The notes under the pieces were generated by a model, which was given only the letters and a program-made list of their open reading frames with translations, was not told the origin of the DNA and ran no database searches. From a virus (Duplodnaviria; Heunggongvirae; Uroviricota; Caudoviricetes): a DNA stretch of 64,000 nt. Made by a program: the position numbers and the translations under genes. The stretch is from positions 43,502-107,501 of IMG/VR virus record IMGVR_UViG_3300021399_000121, one strand, 5' to 3'. Shown here piece after piece: positions 42,361 to 52,667 of the stretch; positions within the stretch are counted from its first letter, which is position 1; every line of letters begins with the position of its first letter.

Positions 42361-42639
42361 ATGCTTACTGCGGCAGATGCTCGTAAAATTTCTCAAAGTG
42401 TTGGTGAACAAGATCATTTTGAAAAATATGCAAAAAGAATAGTTGATAATATTCTTTATGGAATACGAAGTGATGCTAATGCTGGTTATCATGAACATTC
42501 TATTGATCTTGATCATTGTCCGAAAAAGGTTCGTGGATTAGTGATTTGTAAATTAGAAAATCTTGGTTATAACGTTAAAAAGCGAGGATTCTTTTATAAC
42601 TTTTCATTGAATCCAAATTTGTATGTTGTTAGTTGGTAA
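42361..42639 (+). CDS. Member 1 of a tandem paralogue triplet.
   Basis: Conserved promoter at 42290-42335. The same RBS, AAGGAATTATATT, and the N-terminus MLTAADARK are seen in the triplet. Confidence 0.45.
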   Translation: MLTAADARKISQSVGEQDHFEKYAKRIVDNILYGIRSDANAGYHEHSIDLDHCPKKVRGLVICKLENLGYNVKKRGFFYNFSLNPNLYVVSW

Positions 42640-42650
42640 GGAATTATATT

Positions 42651-42908
42651 ATGCTTACTGCTAAGAAAGCTCGTGAATTAGCTAATGATTTTGAGAGACG
42701 TGAACAAGCTAAAAAATACGTAGGAGATCAGATACTTCCGCAAATTGAGAAACATGCTCTTAGAGGAAATACTGAATTGATTTTTGAAATAAATAAACCT
42801 GAATTAGAGAGTTTTATTGCTAGTGAATTAGAAAATTTAGGTTATTATGTAGAAAAATTAAATGGCAATATTTTTAATTTGCGTGCTATGTATCTTATTA
42901 AATGGTAG
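42651..42908 (+). CDS. Member 2 of the tandem paralogue triplet.
   Basis: Identical RBS; N-terminus MLTAKKARE; the ENLGY motif is shared. Confidence 0.45.
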   Translation: MLTAKKARELANDFERREQAKKYVGDQILPQIEKHALRGNTELIFEINKPELESFIASELENLGYYVEKLNGNIFNLRAMYLIKW

Positions 42909-42917
42909 GAGAGTAAT

Positions 42918-43172
42918 ATGATAAGTGCCGCAGAAGCTCGTGAAATTACTAACAATGGTGATAAGTATACTGATGTTAAAGAAAAAATCGAAAAATTATC
43001 TCCAGTGATTGAAGAAAGGGCTGAACAAGGTTATAATTATATAGTAATTTTTATTTCACCAGAAGTTGAAAATTTATATACTCATGTTTTAAAACGTCTT
43101 GGTTATAAAATTGAGAAAAAGTTAAATATAAAGTATTTAGAATATTATTATATATATCGAATTAGTTGGTAG
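42918..43172 (+). CDS. Member 3 of the tandem paralogue triplet.
   Basis: N-terminus MISAAEARE; the RLGY motif is shared. Confidence 0.45.
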   Translation: MISAAEAREITNNGDKYTDVKEKIEKLSPVIEERAEQGYNYIVIFISPEVENLYTHVLKRLGYKIEKKLNIKYLEYYYIYRISW

Positions 43173-43417
43173 TCCAAAAGAAAGAAAGAAATGAAAGATA
43201 CTTATTATGTGCGGCGTAGTGAGAATGATGATGTAACAAGATTTGATACAACTATTGTTCAAAATTTATCTAAGTTTGTTACTAGATTATCTACTCCGAA
43301 TAGAATGGATGCTTTAAAGAGTGCGGCTGAGAGTGCAATTTTAAATCCTGGTTATGTTTATATAGTTTATAAGAATAATCGTACGATAGCTCAGTTTATA
43401 GTGGTAAAGGAGTAAAC

Positions 43418-43798
43418 ATGACGGCTTGTGGAGCTTTGATTTATGGGTTTGCGGCTAAGGCTGATGATATTACGCAGATGCCGCGAGTAGATTCTTACCG
43501 TGACAGAGACGGCCGCACAGTCCTTATTGATAATGATGATGTTCATCCTATTGAGTGGGCTATGGAACATCATAAGTATGGTCAATATGTATTTGTTGAG
43601 GATGATCAGCTATGGTATTCTGACAGGGTTATTTTCGGTATCTTTCTAGGTGAATCTGGGGATGAACTTGATCTCGAAAATATGGAAGAGGTCAAGGCTA
43701 GAGCTAAGGATATTAGTGAAGCTGTAAAGTTCTTCACTGATTGGGATACTGATATTAGTGATTATGGATATCATATTTGTACTATGTATGATTATTAG
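43418..43798 (+). CDS. Hypothetical 126-aa protein.
   Basis: ORF track entry. Confidence 0.4.
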   Translation: MTACGALIYGFAAKADDITQMPRVDSYRDRDGRTVLIDNDDVHPIEWAMEHHKYGQYVFVEDDQLWYSDRVIFGIFLGESGDELDLENMEEVKARAKDISEAVKFFTDWDTDISDYGYHICTMYDY

Positions 43799-44257
43799 TT
43801 AAAGTTTTTATATTGCAAGAAGTGTGAAATGACTGATAAAAAGCTAATTACAATCGCCTTGCAGCTCGTCCGTTTTCACTATGAAAAGGATGACACGAGA
43901 TTTGATAAGTCGTGCATTGAGCTGGAAAAATGGCTCTATGATTGCGATGAAATTGATCTTGCGGAGTTTGTAATGGCGTGTCGCTGTCCCGCGTATACAT
44001 TTGTGCCGATGGCTAGTAATGATGATGATTAAATCGCATATGTATTAATAAATATTTTGATAATTAAAATTTTTAACAAAATTGAGTTAGGAATTTAGGC
44101 TTAAAATTATATATAATAGAAAAACTTTAAGGGTAATAAAAAAAACCTAAATTTTGGCTGCCATTTTGGTTCACAAATTTTGGTAGACAAATAGTAATTA
44201 TTTAGGTTTTCTTATTACCCTTATTTTTGTTTTAGACAAAGATAAGGTGACAACAAA

Positions 44258-44449
44258 ATGAAAAGAAATAAAACCGTGAGTGTTTCGGTTTCAGAACAAG
44301 AGCTTCAAGCTTGGAAAGATGCTGTGCCGCAAACACAATATAAATCTGTAAGTGAGTTTGTACGTGAAGTAATTAATATGACTATTGAGGTTATTTATTC
44401 AAATGAGGGTAAACAGATGGTAATTCAAGTTGAGGATTGGGATCATTAA
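44258..44449 (+). CDS. Ribbon-helix-helix (CopG/ParG-like) DNA-binding protein.
   Basis: KRNKTVSVSVSEQELQAWKDAV is the typical RHH beta-strand-helix start; 63 aa. Confidence 0.45.
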   Translation: MKRNKTVSVSVSEQELQAWKDAVPQTQYKSVSEFVREVINMTIEVIYSNEGKQMVIQVEDWDH

Positions 44450-44465
44450 TTATGTTTAATAAAAA

Positions 44466-44577
44466 ATGTCCCAAAAGTATCTATTGAATTTTTATTTGAG
44501 CAAAACTGTCCCAAAAGTATCTAATGAAATTAAGTAAAATGTCCCAAAAGTATCTACTGACTGTCCCAAAAGTATCT
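44466..44577 (+). repeat. Iteron array of four 17-bp direct repeats, TGTCCCAAAAGTATCTA, followed by two copies of TACTCATATATA.
   Basis: Copies at 44466-44482, 44516-44532, 44539-44555 and 44561-44577. Confidence 0.7.
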
Positions 44578-44649
44578 AACCTTATTACTCATATATACTC
44601 ATATATATTACTCAAGGATTTTTAAATTTAGAAAGGTAAGATACTAATT

Positions 44650-45456
44650 ATGGGAGTAATTCATATAGAAGTAGATTCAAGTTTTAATAATACTAAAGGA
44701 TTCCTTAGAGCATTTTCATTTTTTGATGGTGAAGAAAGAAAAATTGCAATTAAAGATGCTAGTAGTCGTAAAATAGCAGATGAAATATCTGAAAGTAAAA
44801 ATTTTGCAAATGCTAGAATAAATGAAGCTATTAATGAAGGTTTTATTATTGTTAAAGGAGACTATTATATTGTGCCTGAAGCTAAACCTAGTTATATAGA
44901 ACTTGAAGAAAAATTTTATAAAAGAATGTTAAGCACTTTTTCTTCTAATACGAATAATATTTATGTTTGACTCTATAGGCGTTTTAAATATACTAAGGGT
45001 AATCATAAACCTTGTTATTTTACTTTAGGGGATTTGTGTCGAGCTTTAGGTTTATCAGATCAAAATAAGAATAGACAAAAAATGTCAGATTCTTTAATTC
45101 AATTAGCTTTAAATGGATTAATTGAATTTAGAGTTGTTAGATATGGACGGACTTATTTGCGACAATTAGTAGATATTAGAACAGAGTTTATTGTAATAGA
45201 TACTTGTCAAGAAATTATTGAATCTAAAACAAGTGGCACAAAAGAATTTGAGGGTGATACTGAAACTATTGAACTTGATCCTGAACTTGCGGAAACTGTT
45301 ATGAGTATTGGATTAAGTCAAGATAAAGTTAATGAATTAAAAAGTGGGCAGGAAATTCCTCGGTTAATGGAACCAGAGACTGTTATAGTTGAAATGTCCA
45401 ATAAAGAAGTAAAGAAGAAACCAAAGTCAAATGGACGAATGTGGAATATATGGTAA
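44650..45456 (+). CDS. Rep-like winged-helix protein formed by joining ORF 44650..44970 and ORF 45034..45456 through an in-frame TGA at 44968-44970.
   Basis: The two ORFs are in one frame (the 384-nt offset is divisible by 3). GDLCRALGLSDQNKNRQKMSDSLIQLALNGLIEF looks like a winged HTH. Iterons lie immediately upstream. Confidence 0.35.
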
Positions 45457-45891
45457 TTTCTTATACTTAACAGTGAAATTTCTACTACTCAAATGGAATT
45501 TGGGTGCGCACACAATCACGACCCAGTCAAGAAATTTCCAAATCGAGTCCTAAAAATTTTTTAACGAGTGTAACCGCACGAGTCCCGCACATGATTTTCA
45601 TTTCTGATCCTCTTGGAATAAAATATTAGTTGCCAGCTGTCTAATATTTATGCTATAATATATTTGTAAGAAAGGGAAAGGAAATTTAATCCCAATCTTA
45701 TATATCAAGTTTCCTTCAAGAAGAAATAAAAAACTTCTTGACAATCGAAAAGGAAATATGATATAATATAAATGTAAGAAAGGGAGAGATGCTGGAGAAA
45801 GGAATCCCGTTTGGGACGTCCTCCCAGGAAGTGAAAAGAAATTTCATTTCCAAAACGAGACCGCTCGCAAGAGCAGAAAAGGAGAGCCACC

Positions 45892-46260
45892 ATGGCCGAG
45901 AAGAAGATCACCATCGCTGAGAAGTTTGCTGCTACCATCGCTATCCTTGAGGGTGCTGAGCCTGAGATCGAGTTCGACGCAGTTGATGCAGTCGAGTTCC
46001 TGAAGGATCGTGCGGAGAAGGCCAAGTCCAAGCCGCGTGAGCGCAAGGTTAAGCCTGAGACCGCTAAGTTCCGTGAGGATGTAGGAGAGTTCGTCCTGCA
46101 TCAGCCTGAGCCTGTAACTGCGAAGATTGTTGCTGAGGCTCTCGGAGTTTCCACTCAGAAGGCATCTGCGGCTCTGCGGTTCCTGGTCGCTGAGGGTGAG
46201 GTTGTTGCCCATGACGGCGAAAAGGCTCGCGACGCCAAGACTTACGAGATTGCTCGCTAG
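45892..46260 (+). CDS. GC-rich small HTH-like protein. It is a paralogue of genes 48033..48398 and 49709..50029.
   Basis: All three share the architecture ITIAEKFAATIAILEG / KSKPRERKVKPE / IVAEALGVSTQKASAALRFLVAEG. GC is about 55% against a 35% background. Confidence 0.45.
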   Translation: MAEKKITIAEKFAATIAILEGAEPEIEFDAVDAVEFLKDRAEKAKSKPRERKVKPETAKFREDVGEFVLHQPEPVTAKIVAEALGVSTQKASAALRFLVAEGEVVAHDGEKARDAKTYEIAR

Positions 46261-46427
46261 TCTATAGCGGTAGGGGAGGGTGCAATGGGGCACCCTCCCA
46301 GGAAACAAATTTCAAATCTGATTTTTCATTTTCATTTCTGAGCTTTAAGATTCATATTTGAAATTTTCATTTCCAACTAACCGCAGGTTATTAAAGAAAA
46401 TTTTCATTTCCAAGAGAGAGGAAAATA

Positions 46428-46820
46428 ATGAAATACACTCTTCCTAAGTCATATGCAAATGCGGGATTGCAAGTCAATATTCCTGATGCTACACTTAAAC
46501 AATATAGGAGTGAACTCGGTAGCACCAAGGCCGCGGTTGATAAGTGGCTATATGAAAATGGTCACATGGCTAAGGTTGAGTATGAAGCTTCAGTAGAAAA
46601 GGTTGAAGCTAAAAAGCCTGCTAAGCGTGAATTCAAGGTAGATCAAGAAAAAAGTGAAATCATCAACTTTATCTATGAACGGTTGCGGGAGTATGAAGAC
46701 GAGGAAGGGTCAGCTCTTTTGTCCGAGGTAGAGATCATGAACCGCAACCGCCTAATTTCTTTCTCTCTTGGAGATAATAAGTATGAGCTGACCCTAGTGC
46801 GGAAGAAGCAATCTAAATAG
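46428..46820 (+). CDS. Hypothetical 130-aa protein.
   Basis: ORF track entry; RBS GAGAGGAAAATA. Confidence 0.4.
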   Translation: MKYTLPKSYANAGLQVNIPDATLKQYRSELGSTKAAVDKWLYENGHMAKVEYEASVEKVEAKKPAKREFKVDQEKSEIINFIYERLREYEDEEGSALLSEVEIMNRNRLISFSLGDNKYELTLVRKKQSK

Positions 46821-46904
46821 ATGATACGGAAGGCCATATGGTCGGTTCCTTTCTCTTAGGTGAGTTTCTGACGGCTCACCATATAATACACGGTGATCCT
46901 GACT

Positions 46905-46935
46905 AAGCCGTGGGTTAAGGCGTCCGAAAGGGCGC
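46905..46935 (+). terminator. Rho-independent terminator closing the plus-strand block.
   Basis: GGCGTCCGAAAGGGCGCC followed by TTTTCTTTT. Confidence 0.55.
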
Positions 46936-47621
46936 CTTTTCTTTTATGTGGTGCGGTGCGGTGCGGTGCAGCTGTCTAAAAAACTTTAAACAAATGTAAT
47001 ACTTTTTGGTGAACGGTATTAAATTTGCCGCGGATGGTAAGAATCGCTCTAGACGAATGTAATAAAGATATGATATAATTAATCTTAGAGATTAATTAAT
47101 ATATAAATATATATTTCTATATTATTATTATAGTTATATATATTTCTAATCCCCTAATATAATATATGTTGCGTTTCTCTCTCTTTTAATCTTATAATAA
47201 CTATTTAATAATATTTTATAACGATATTTTTACTAATAATTGCGTGCGGCCCTATACTAAAGTATAGGCCCTTACGCTTATACAGCGCCACTTTGAGCTA
47301 AAGCTCAAGGGCGCTTTTTTTATTGTCTAAAATTATTTTATTTAAAAAATAATTAAACTAAAACTATGCGGCGAACTTGACAAAAGCATAATTTTATGAT
47401 ATAATTAAAATGATTATTTTTTTAAAAAAAAAGAAGCTCTCAAAATAGCTTAAAAAAATCCCTAAAAAGTTGTTTTGTCCCTTGGCAAACCTTATGATAA
47501 ATGAGCTTTTTGCTGGGCAGAGAGCGCACTTCAGCTAAGCTAAAATAAGCTTTCCGACCAAGTAATCAGACCCTTTTTAAAATTGCGCAAATGAGAGCAA
47601 ATCAAGTAGTTTTCCACAACG

Positions 47622-47630
47622 TTATCCACA
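47622..47630 (+). promoter_or_regulatory. Perfect DnaA box TTATCCACA, with flanking TTTCCACA-like half-sites.
   Basis: GTTATCCACA at 47621-47630. Confidence 0.4.
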
Positions 47631-47750
47631 CTTTTTCCACCTATGGCCGCACGCCTTTATTTATTCTCTTCTCTTGGAATTTACTTGACAGAAACACAAA
47701 TTTATGATATAATTAAATGTTAATAAATTATAGCTGGTGTCAATAAATTT

Positions 47751-47839
47751 GCCTATAGCGAGTGCAAATTCGCGGCCTTATAGCGAGCACGGCTCGATGC
47801 GCCTATAGCGAGTGTCATCGTGAGGCCCTATAACGGCAG
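47751..47839 (+). repeat. Four direct repeats of GCC(T)TATAGCGAG (iterons or a centromere-like site).
   Basis: Copies at 47751, 47775, 47801 and 47825. Confidence 0.6.
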
Positions 47840-48032
47840 TCGTACATCCGTTCGGTTTTGGGATTTTAGTGAATTAATTGTGAAGATTTTGTGGAGATCG
47901 AATTTTTCCCTTGACTATGTGGTATAATTTCGCTAGAATGCGCCGCATTCTAGCGCTGAAAGGTTTAAGCAAAAGAAAAACCCCGCCATTACTGGGCGGG
48001 GTTCTCGCCATTACTGGGCGATTGGGTGAGAG

Positions 48033-48398
48033 TTACACCAGCTTGTAGCCGACGTAACGCCCTTTCACCTTTTCGACTTTCTCCACCTTGCCAGCGGAGA
48101 TAAGCACGGCCATAACCTTGGTGCATTTCTGCGAAGTCATGATGCCGTTGACATGCTCCATAATCCACGAGGTCAGCACAGGCTCACCCTCGGGCATAAC
48201 CTTGAGCACTTCACCAGCCAGACGGACGTTTTCCTTGGCCGCCTTGGACGGCTCATCAGACTTTACGCGAGGTTTGGTGATACTTGCTAGCATCTTGGCT
48301 GCGACCTCACGAGCATCCTCACGGGCGAGGGTTTCGTAGTCGCCATTTACGACAGCGGTCAGGACTTCAGCGCGGGTGATGGTGATGTTCTTAGCCAT
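48033..48398 (-). CDS. GC-rich HTH-like paralogue (MAKNITITRAEVL...).
   Basis: The start was trimmed to the ATG behind the conserved leader. The ORF track frame was extended upstream. Confidence 0.45.
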   Translation of the reverse strand: MAKNITITRAEVLTAVVNGDYETLAREDAREVAAKMLASITKPRVKSDEPSKAAKENVRLAGEVLKVMPEGEPVLTSWIMEHVNGIMTSQKCTKVMAVLISAGKVEKVEKVKGRYVGYKLV

Positions 48399-48639
48399 AA
48401 TCGGCTCCTTTCGGTTGTGGGTGAGAACTTTTTTCTCTCTCCCTCTGACAGTTAATATATTACCAGAGATTGCCGCAGGGGTCAACAAAATTTTGTGTCT
48501 ACACATTCTCTCCATAATTTCAGGATTTAAAACAAGCCTCTGACCTGGGGTTTTGGCGATCGATTTTTTTCCATGCCGGCACAAGGGCAAATTCGCTTGA
48601 TTCCGCCGGAATCAAGCGCTGAAAGGGTTCTAGATAGCA

Positions 48640-48668
48640 AAAAACCCGCCTTTTTGGCGGGTTTTGCT
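48640..48668. terminator. Bidirectional rho-independent terminator.
   Basis: AAAAAACCCGCCTTTTTGGCGGGTTTTGCTTT. Confidence 0.6.
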
Positions 48669-49367
48669 TTAGAATTGCTGGAAACGCTTTGAAATTTCTT
48701 TCCAATGGGGATTGTGTAAGCACATTCCAACAAAATCTGAATCAAATTTGCGCTTACGAGAGAGAATTTTGCAGAAAATGAAGGCTTCTATTTCGCAATC
48801 TTCGCGGGCGGTGTGTTTTTCTTCAAATTCAGGCGCATTTTTCAAATATTTGTAAACCGCTTCGGCGCCTGTCTGCGGATGGCCTTTTGCAGTGGTCAGG
48901 CCATGTACCGCGCAGAATTTCAGATAGTTTCGACTATTGCACAGGACGGACAAAGCCATATTCCAAATGTCCATGTATTTGACCTTAGATTTAAAGAAGT
49001 CCTCATATCCAAAATATTTGGCGGTCTTGGTCAGATGCGAAGCGTCAAACCCTGCATTGTAGGCGCACACGGTAGCCTTAAAAGCTTTTTGCACTTTGTT
49101 AATCGTGGAACGAATTTCTGCGAAGGGGAGAACTGTAAACGCTTCGGTTCCCATGAAAAGCTCAAAGTAATATTGAGCGATTTTAGTTTTAGTAAATGGG
49201 TCGTTGAACATGTCAAGCGTTTCAGGGTGATTCATGAACTCTTCACAGACAAAGCTACCCTCAGCGACCATGTTACCCTTGCGGTCGATTACCTTGTAAC
49301 CAAAGTCGAAAACCAGGTCGTTGCACGTTTCAGTGTCAAGAATCATGAAGAACTTTTTGCTTGCCAT
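48669..49367 (-). CDS. DnaQ-like DEDDh 3'-5' exonuclease.
   Basis: Exo I ILDTETCND, Exo II YNAGFDASHL and Exo III HTAREDCE. Confidence 0.55.
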   Translation of the reverse strand: MASKKFFMILDTETCNDLVFDFGYKVIDRKGNMVAEGSFVCEEFMNHPETLDMFNDPFTKTKIAQYYFELFMGTEAFTVLPFAEIRSTINKVQKAFKATVCAYNAGFDASHLTKTAKYFGYEDFFKSKVKYMDIWNMALSVLCNSRNYLKFCAVHGLTTAKGHPQTGAEAVYKYLKNAPEFEEKHTAREDCEIEAFIFCKILSRKRKFDSDFVGMCLHNPHWKEISKRFQQF

Positions 49368-49708
49368 TTTATTTCCTTTCTCTCTCTGACAGTTAATATA
49401 TTACAGCATATGCCGCGCATAGTCAAGCATTAATTTCGGGATTTTGTTTCTTCATAATTTCTTCACAATCGATCGTTTTGTTTTTCCCTTGAGCGTAAAA
49501 AGGCAAATTCGCTCGCTTCCTGCGTAAGCGAGCGCTGAATAAAAAAACTCCCGCGTCCTGTGCGCACAGGCTGATAGCGGGAGGGAGTCTATTCTTCGGG
49601 CACCTTACCATTCCCTTTTGTTTGGCGGGGCTACCGCATTAATAAACTGTTTAATCACCTCTTTTGGATTGTGGGCGGGGAATTTCACCCCGCCCTGTTT
49701 AGATTGGT

Positions 49709-50029
49709 CTAAAGCTTGTAAACTTTGACCTTTTCGGTCGTGGGAATCTCTTCCCACCCCATTGCCTTGCAGATGGCATTTGCCTTGGGTTTCGAGACCT
49801 CCAGAATTTCAGCCACATTTGCAGCCTTAAAAGTCTCTTCATCCCAGACCTCGGCGAACTTTTCACCAAGGGCGATGTTCGCATCATGCTTTGCCGTGTT
49901 AGCCTTGCGGGGACGCGGCTTCGTTACCTGAGCGTACATCTTCTCCAGAACCTCTACTGCTTCGGCATTCTCAACAGCAGCAATCGCGATTTCCAGAGCT
50001 TCCTTGCGGGTCATCTTCTTCTCGGCCAT
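49709..50029 (-). CDS. HTH-like paralogue (MAEKKMTRKEALEIAIAAVEN...).
   Basis: The start was trimmed to the ATG behind the leader AGGAAAATGACATG. Confidence 0.45.
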   Translation of the reverse strand: MAEKKMTRKEALEIAIAAVENAEAVEVLEKMYAQVTKPRPRKANTAKHDANIALGEKFAEVWDEETFKAANVAEILEVSKPKANAICKAMGWEEIPTTEKVKVYKL

Positions 50030-50746
50030 GTCATTTTCCTTTCTTTCGTGGGGAGGTTTTCCTTTTTTCCTCTCCCCTCCTGACACTTAGTATATTACTC
50101 CTGTTGCCCCTCAGAGTCAAGCAAAATTTTCGAGAATCTTTCCCTCCATATTTCCTTCACAATTGCGGTTGTGCCGGCGAATGAGCTCCTGACCTGGGGA
50201 AATGGGATCTTCCTGATGGGTTTAAATGTGAGTGATCTAGTCAACTTTTTCCCTAGTGCGTTTAAAGGGCAATTCGGTCGTTTGCGCCGCAAACGACCGC
50301 TGAAAGCAAATCGCCCTGCCGACCTGACGTGCAGCGGGGCGATAAGTTTTAATTTACCAAGCACGATATTGCTTTTCTGCAATTTCGCGATACCTGCCAT
50401 TTACAGTATTGCGGAAGATACGCCACAGTTTAAAGAATGGGTTTCTAGTTCTAAAGCCGTGTGCCCACAAGAACCAAAAGTTTTCAATTGACTTTTTCTG
50501 TGTCCAAGCAGTAGCAGCACGAATCATTTTGTCTCTTTCAGTAAACATAATTTACCCCACAATCAGAATCGAAATTACCACAAAGATTTTTCAGTTAATT
50601 TTAACCATTCAAAATTACAGTTACGGCAATACTCACAATCATCAGGATACCAAGAACAATCTACCCGTTCAAGTTTAATTAGTCTTTCAACTTCTTTTTG
50701 ACGTTTTTTTGCAAGTCGTTTTTGTTCTTTTTTACTTGGCATAATC

Positions 50747-51043
50747 TTACCCCACAATCAGAATTGAAATTACCAGTCCAGCGGTGAGAGCAGTCAGACA
50801 AGCGTTTTTGATTTTGTCGGCTGCGGGGCGCTCCAAGTAGAAATCACGACCAAGAGCAATGAGGTTTGCGGCCAACCAAATGAGCTGTGCAACTAGTGCG
50901 AGGTCAAAGCGGACGAGCACCTGACCGATAATGGTCAAACCCAGACCCAAGAGTTGAAGATTCTCAACCAGTGCTACGTGCTTGCGGCTTGCCAGTTTGT
51001 TTGCTTGCTTCTCAGTCATTTTTAGTTCCTCTCTCTCTGACAA
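50747..51043 (-). CDS. Small membrane protein with two or three TM helices.
   Basis: ORF track entry; follows the conserved leader CTGTCAGAGAGAGAGGAACTAAAA. Confidence 0.45.
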   Translation of the reverse strand: MSEREELKMTEKQANKLASRKHVALVENLQLLGLGLTIIGQVLVRFDLALVAQLIWLAANLIALGRDFYLERPAADKIKNACLTALTAGLVISILIVG

Positions 51044-51166
51044 TTACATAGTATCATATTGATGGCATAATGTCAACTAATTTTTTAAAATTTCTTTGTT
51101 TCTATAAAATCCTTACAATGGAGCCAAGGCATAAAAACCCCTCGTTTGAGGGGTTTTAGTCATTGT

Positions 51167-51448
51167 TTAATTATTAGTAATTATTATTTGCCAATCATTC
51201 CCCCAATAGGGCTCAATGCTCAATATTTTGTAATTAAACCATCGTTTTATGCAAATAGGGCAATTATCTTTTTCGTTAGTCCAATTAATCATATTACCAA
51301 TTCTTTGTTCAGAGCTTGCTGAATAATCCCAATCTTCAATATTTTTGTTCAAATAAGTTTGATTATCGGATACGATAAAAAGATATATTGTAGCGTCATC
51401 ATCAAGTTCGTTTTTTTGTTCTGTTAGCCAATTTTGCAAGCTCATCAT
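51167..51448 (-). CDS. Hypothetical 93-aa protein.
   Basis: ORF track entry; conserved leader. Confidence 0.45.
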   Translation of the reverse strand: MMSLQNWLTEQKNELDDDATIYLFIVSDNQTYLNKNIEDWDYSASSEQRIGNMINWTNEKDNCPICIKRWFNYKILSIEPYWGNDWQIIITNN

Positions 51449-52179
51449 CTTAGTTCCTTTCTCTCTCTCAGTGATTACATCTTACACTAATTGCGGCGTG
51501 GTGTCAATTAGAATTTCAGGATTTTTTTGTCTCTACAGAATCTTCACAATCGCGATCGATCTTTTCTGGCCCGGGTGTAATGGTAAAATCGTGCGCTTTG
51601 GCCGAAAGCGCACGCTAAAAGCACTTAGGGCGGGTCACTACTCCCGCCCTCCCGTTGCATCACTTTTTATTTTAACGCCAAGAGCAACGCTGGACAACGA
51701 ACTTGGCGAGTGAACACTAAAGAGAAGCCCAGAGCTGGCACAAAATAGGGCCAAAAATCAAGCTGATAAAAACGAGATACACAACACATACAACTGGCAC
51801 GGCGATTTTCATAATTAGTCCTTCCAAAAGAAGTGGCGTAGGTGGAGATTGCCTAGCGCCCCGCTCAGGTTTAAAGAGGTTGTCTGACTGCCCCTACATG
51901 GAGGTCTTACTGCACATAGCACCTTGGGTGCCCCTCGGGTCTTACCCGTCTCCGAGCTCCGTCCTCTGACACTGTTAATATTACAGGAGTGCGGCCCATT
52001 TGTCAACCAGAATTGGTGTCTCCATAGGTTCTTCACATTTCAGGATTCCGATCGATCAGTGAGTGCGGTTTGTGCCGGTGATTAAATCTCTGACCTGCGG
52101 AAATAGCGAAAATCGTTCGCGTGGGCCGCACGCGAACGCAACCAGGATGGCTTTCTGGCTGCGTTCTGCGGTTTTTGGT

Positions 52180-52356
52180 TTAGACTTCCACATCCTCTAC
52201 AAAATCGCCATCTTCATCATAAATATCTGCGTGACCTCCGCCCATTTCGCGCAATTCAGCTTCGACCGCATTAATCAAAGACTTGTAGTTGTCATAATAG
52301 AAATAACTGCTGCCGCAATCATCGATGCCGTCAAATTCTACATAGTAAGTATTCAT
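52180..52356 (-). CDS. Small acidic 58-aa protein.
   Basis: Conserved leader GGAAAGAGGATG. It is absent from the ORF track because it is shorter than 60 aa. Confidence 0.35.
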   Translation of the reverse strand: MNTYYVEFDGIDDCGSSYFYYDNYKSLINAVEAELREMGGGHADIYDEDGDFVEDVEV

Positions 52357-52442
52357 CCTCTTTCCTTTCTCTTTACCTTACGGGTAAATTGTATCATAGA
52401 AAACAGTAGAAGTGAAGACCCCTTGCGGAGTCTTCACATTTT

Positions 52443-52640
52443 CTACACGTAGTATTCTTTACCAGAGGGGGTTACAATTCTCGCGACTTGCACATGATTA
52501 ACATAAACGAACTTTTTAGCTTCATCCATGACTTCAACGATGCAAGTTGCTTTGTATTCCCGCACACAGGAGCGACCAATAAAATCTTTGTACTTGAGCT
52601 GATAAACAACCTTTTTTGCGACTTTCTTTTTCATGGTCAC
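52443..52640 (-). CDS. Small basic 65-aa protein.
   Basis: ORF track entry; leader AGAGAAGGGAGTGACCATG. Confidence 0.4.
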   Translation of the reverse strand: MTMKKKVAKKVVYQLKYKDFIGRSCVREYKATCIVEVMDEAKKFVYVNHVQVARIVTPSGKEYYV

Positions 52641-52667
52641 TCCCTTCTCTCTTGGACTACGTCCAGT

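Noticed and set aside
44466-44577. Possible CRISPR array (repeated TGTCCCAAAAGTATCTA)
   Set aside because: Only four 17-bp repeats with irregular spacers of 3-33 nt and no cas genes; the pattern fits iterons or an operator array.
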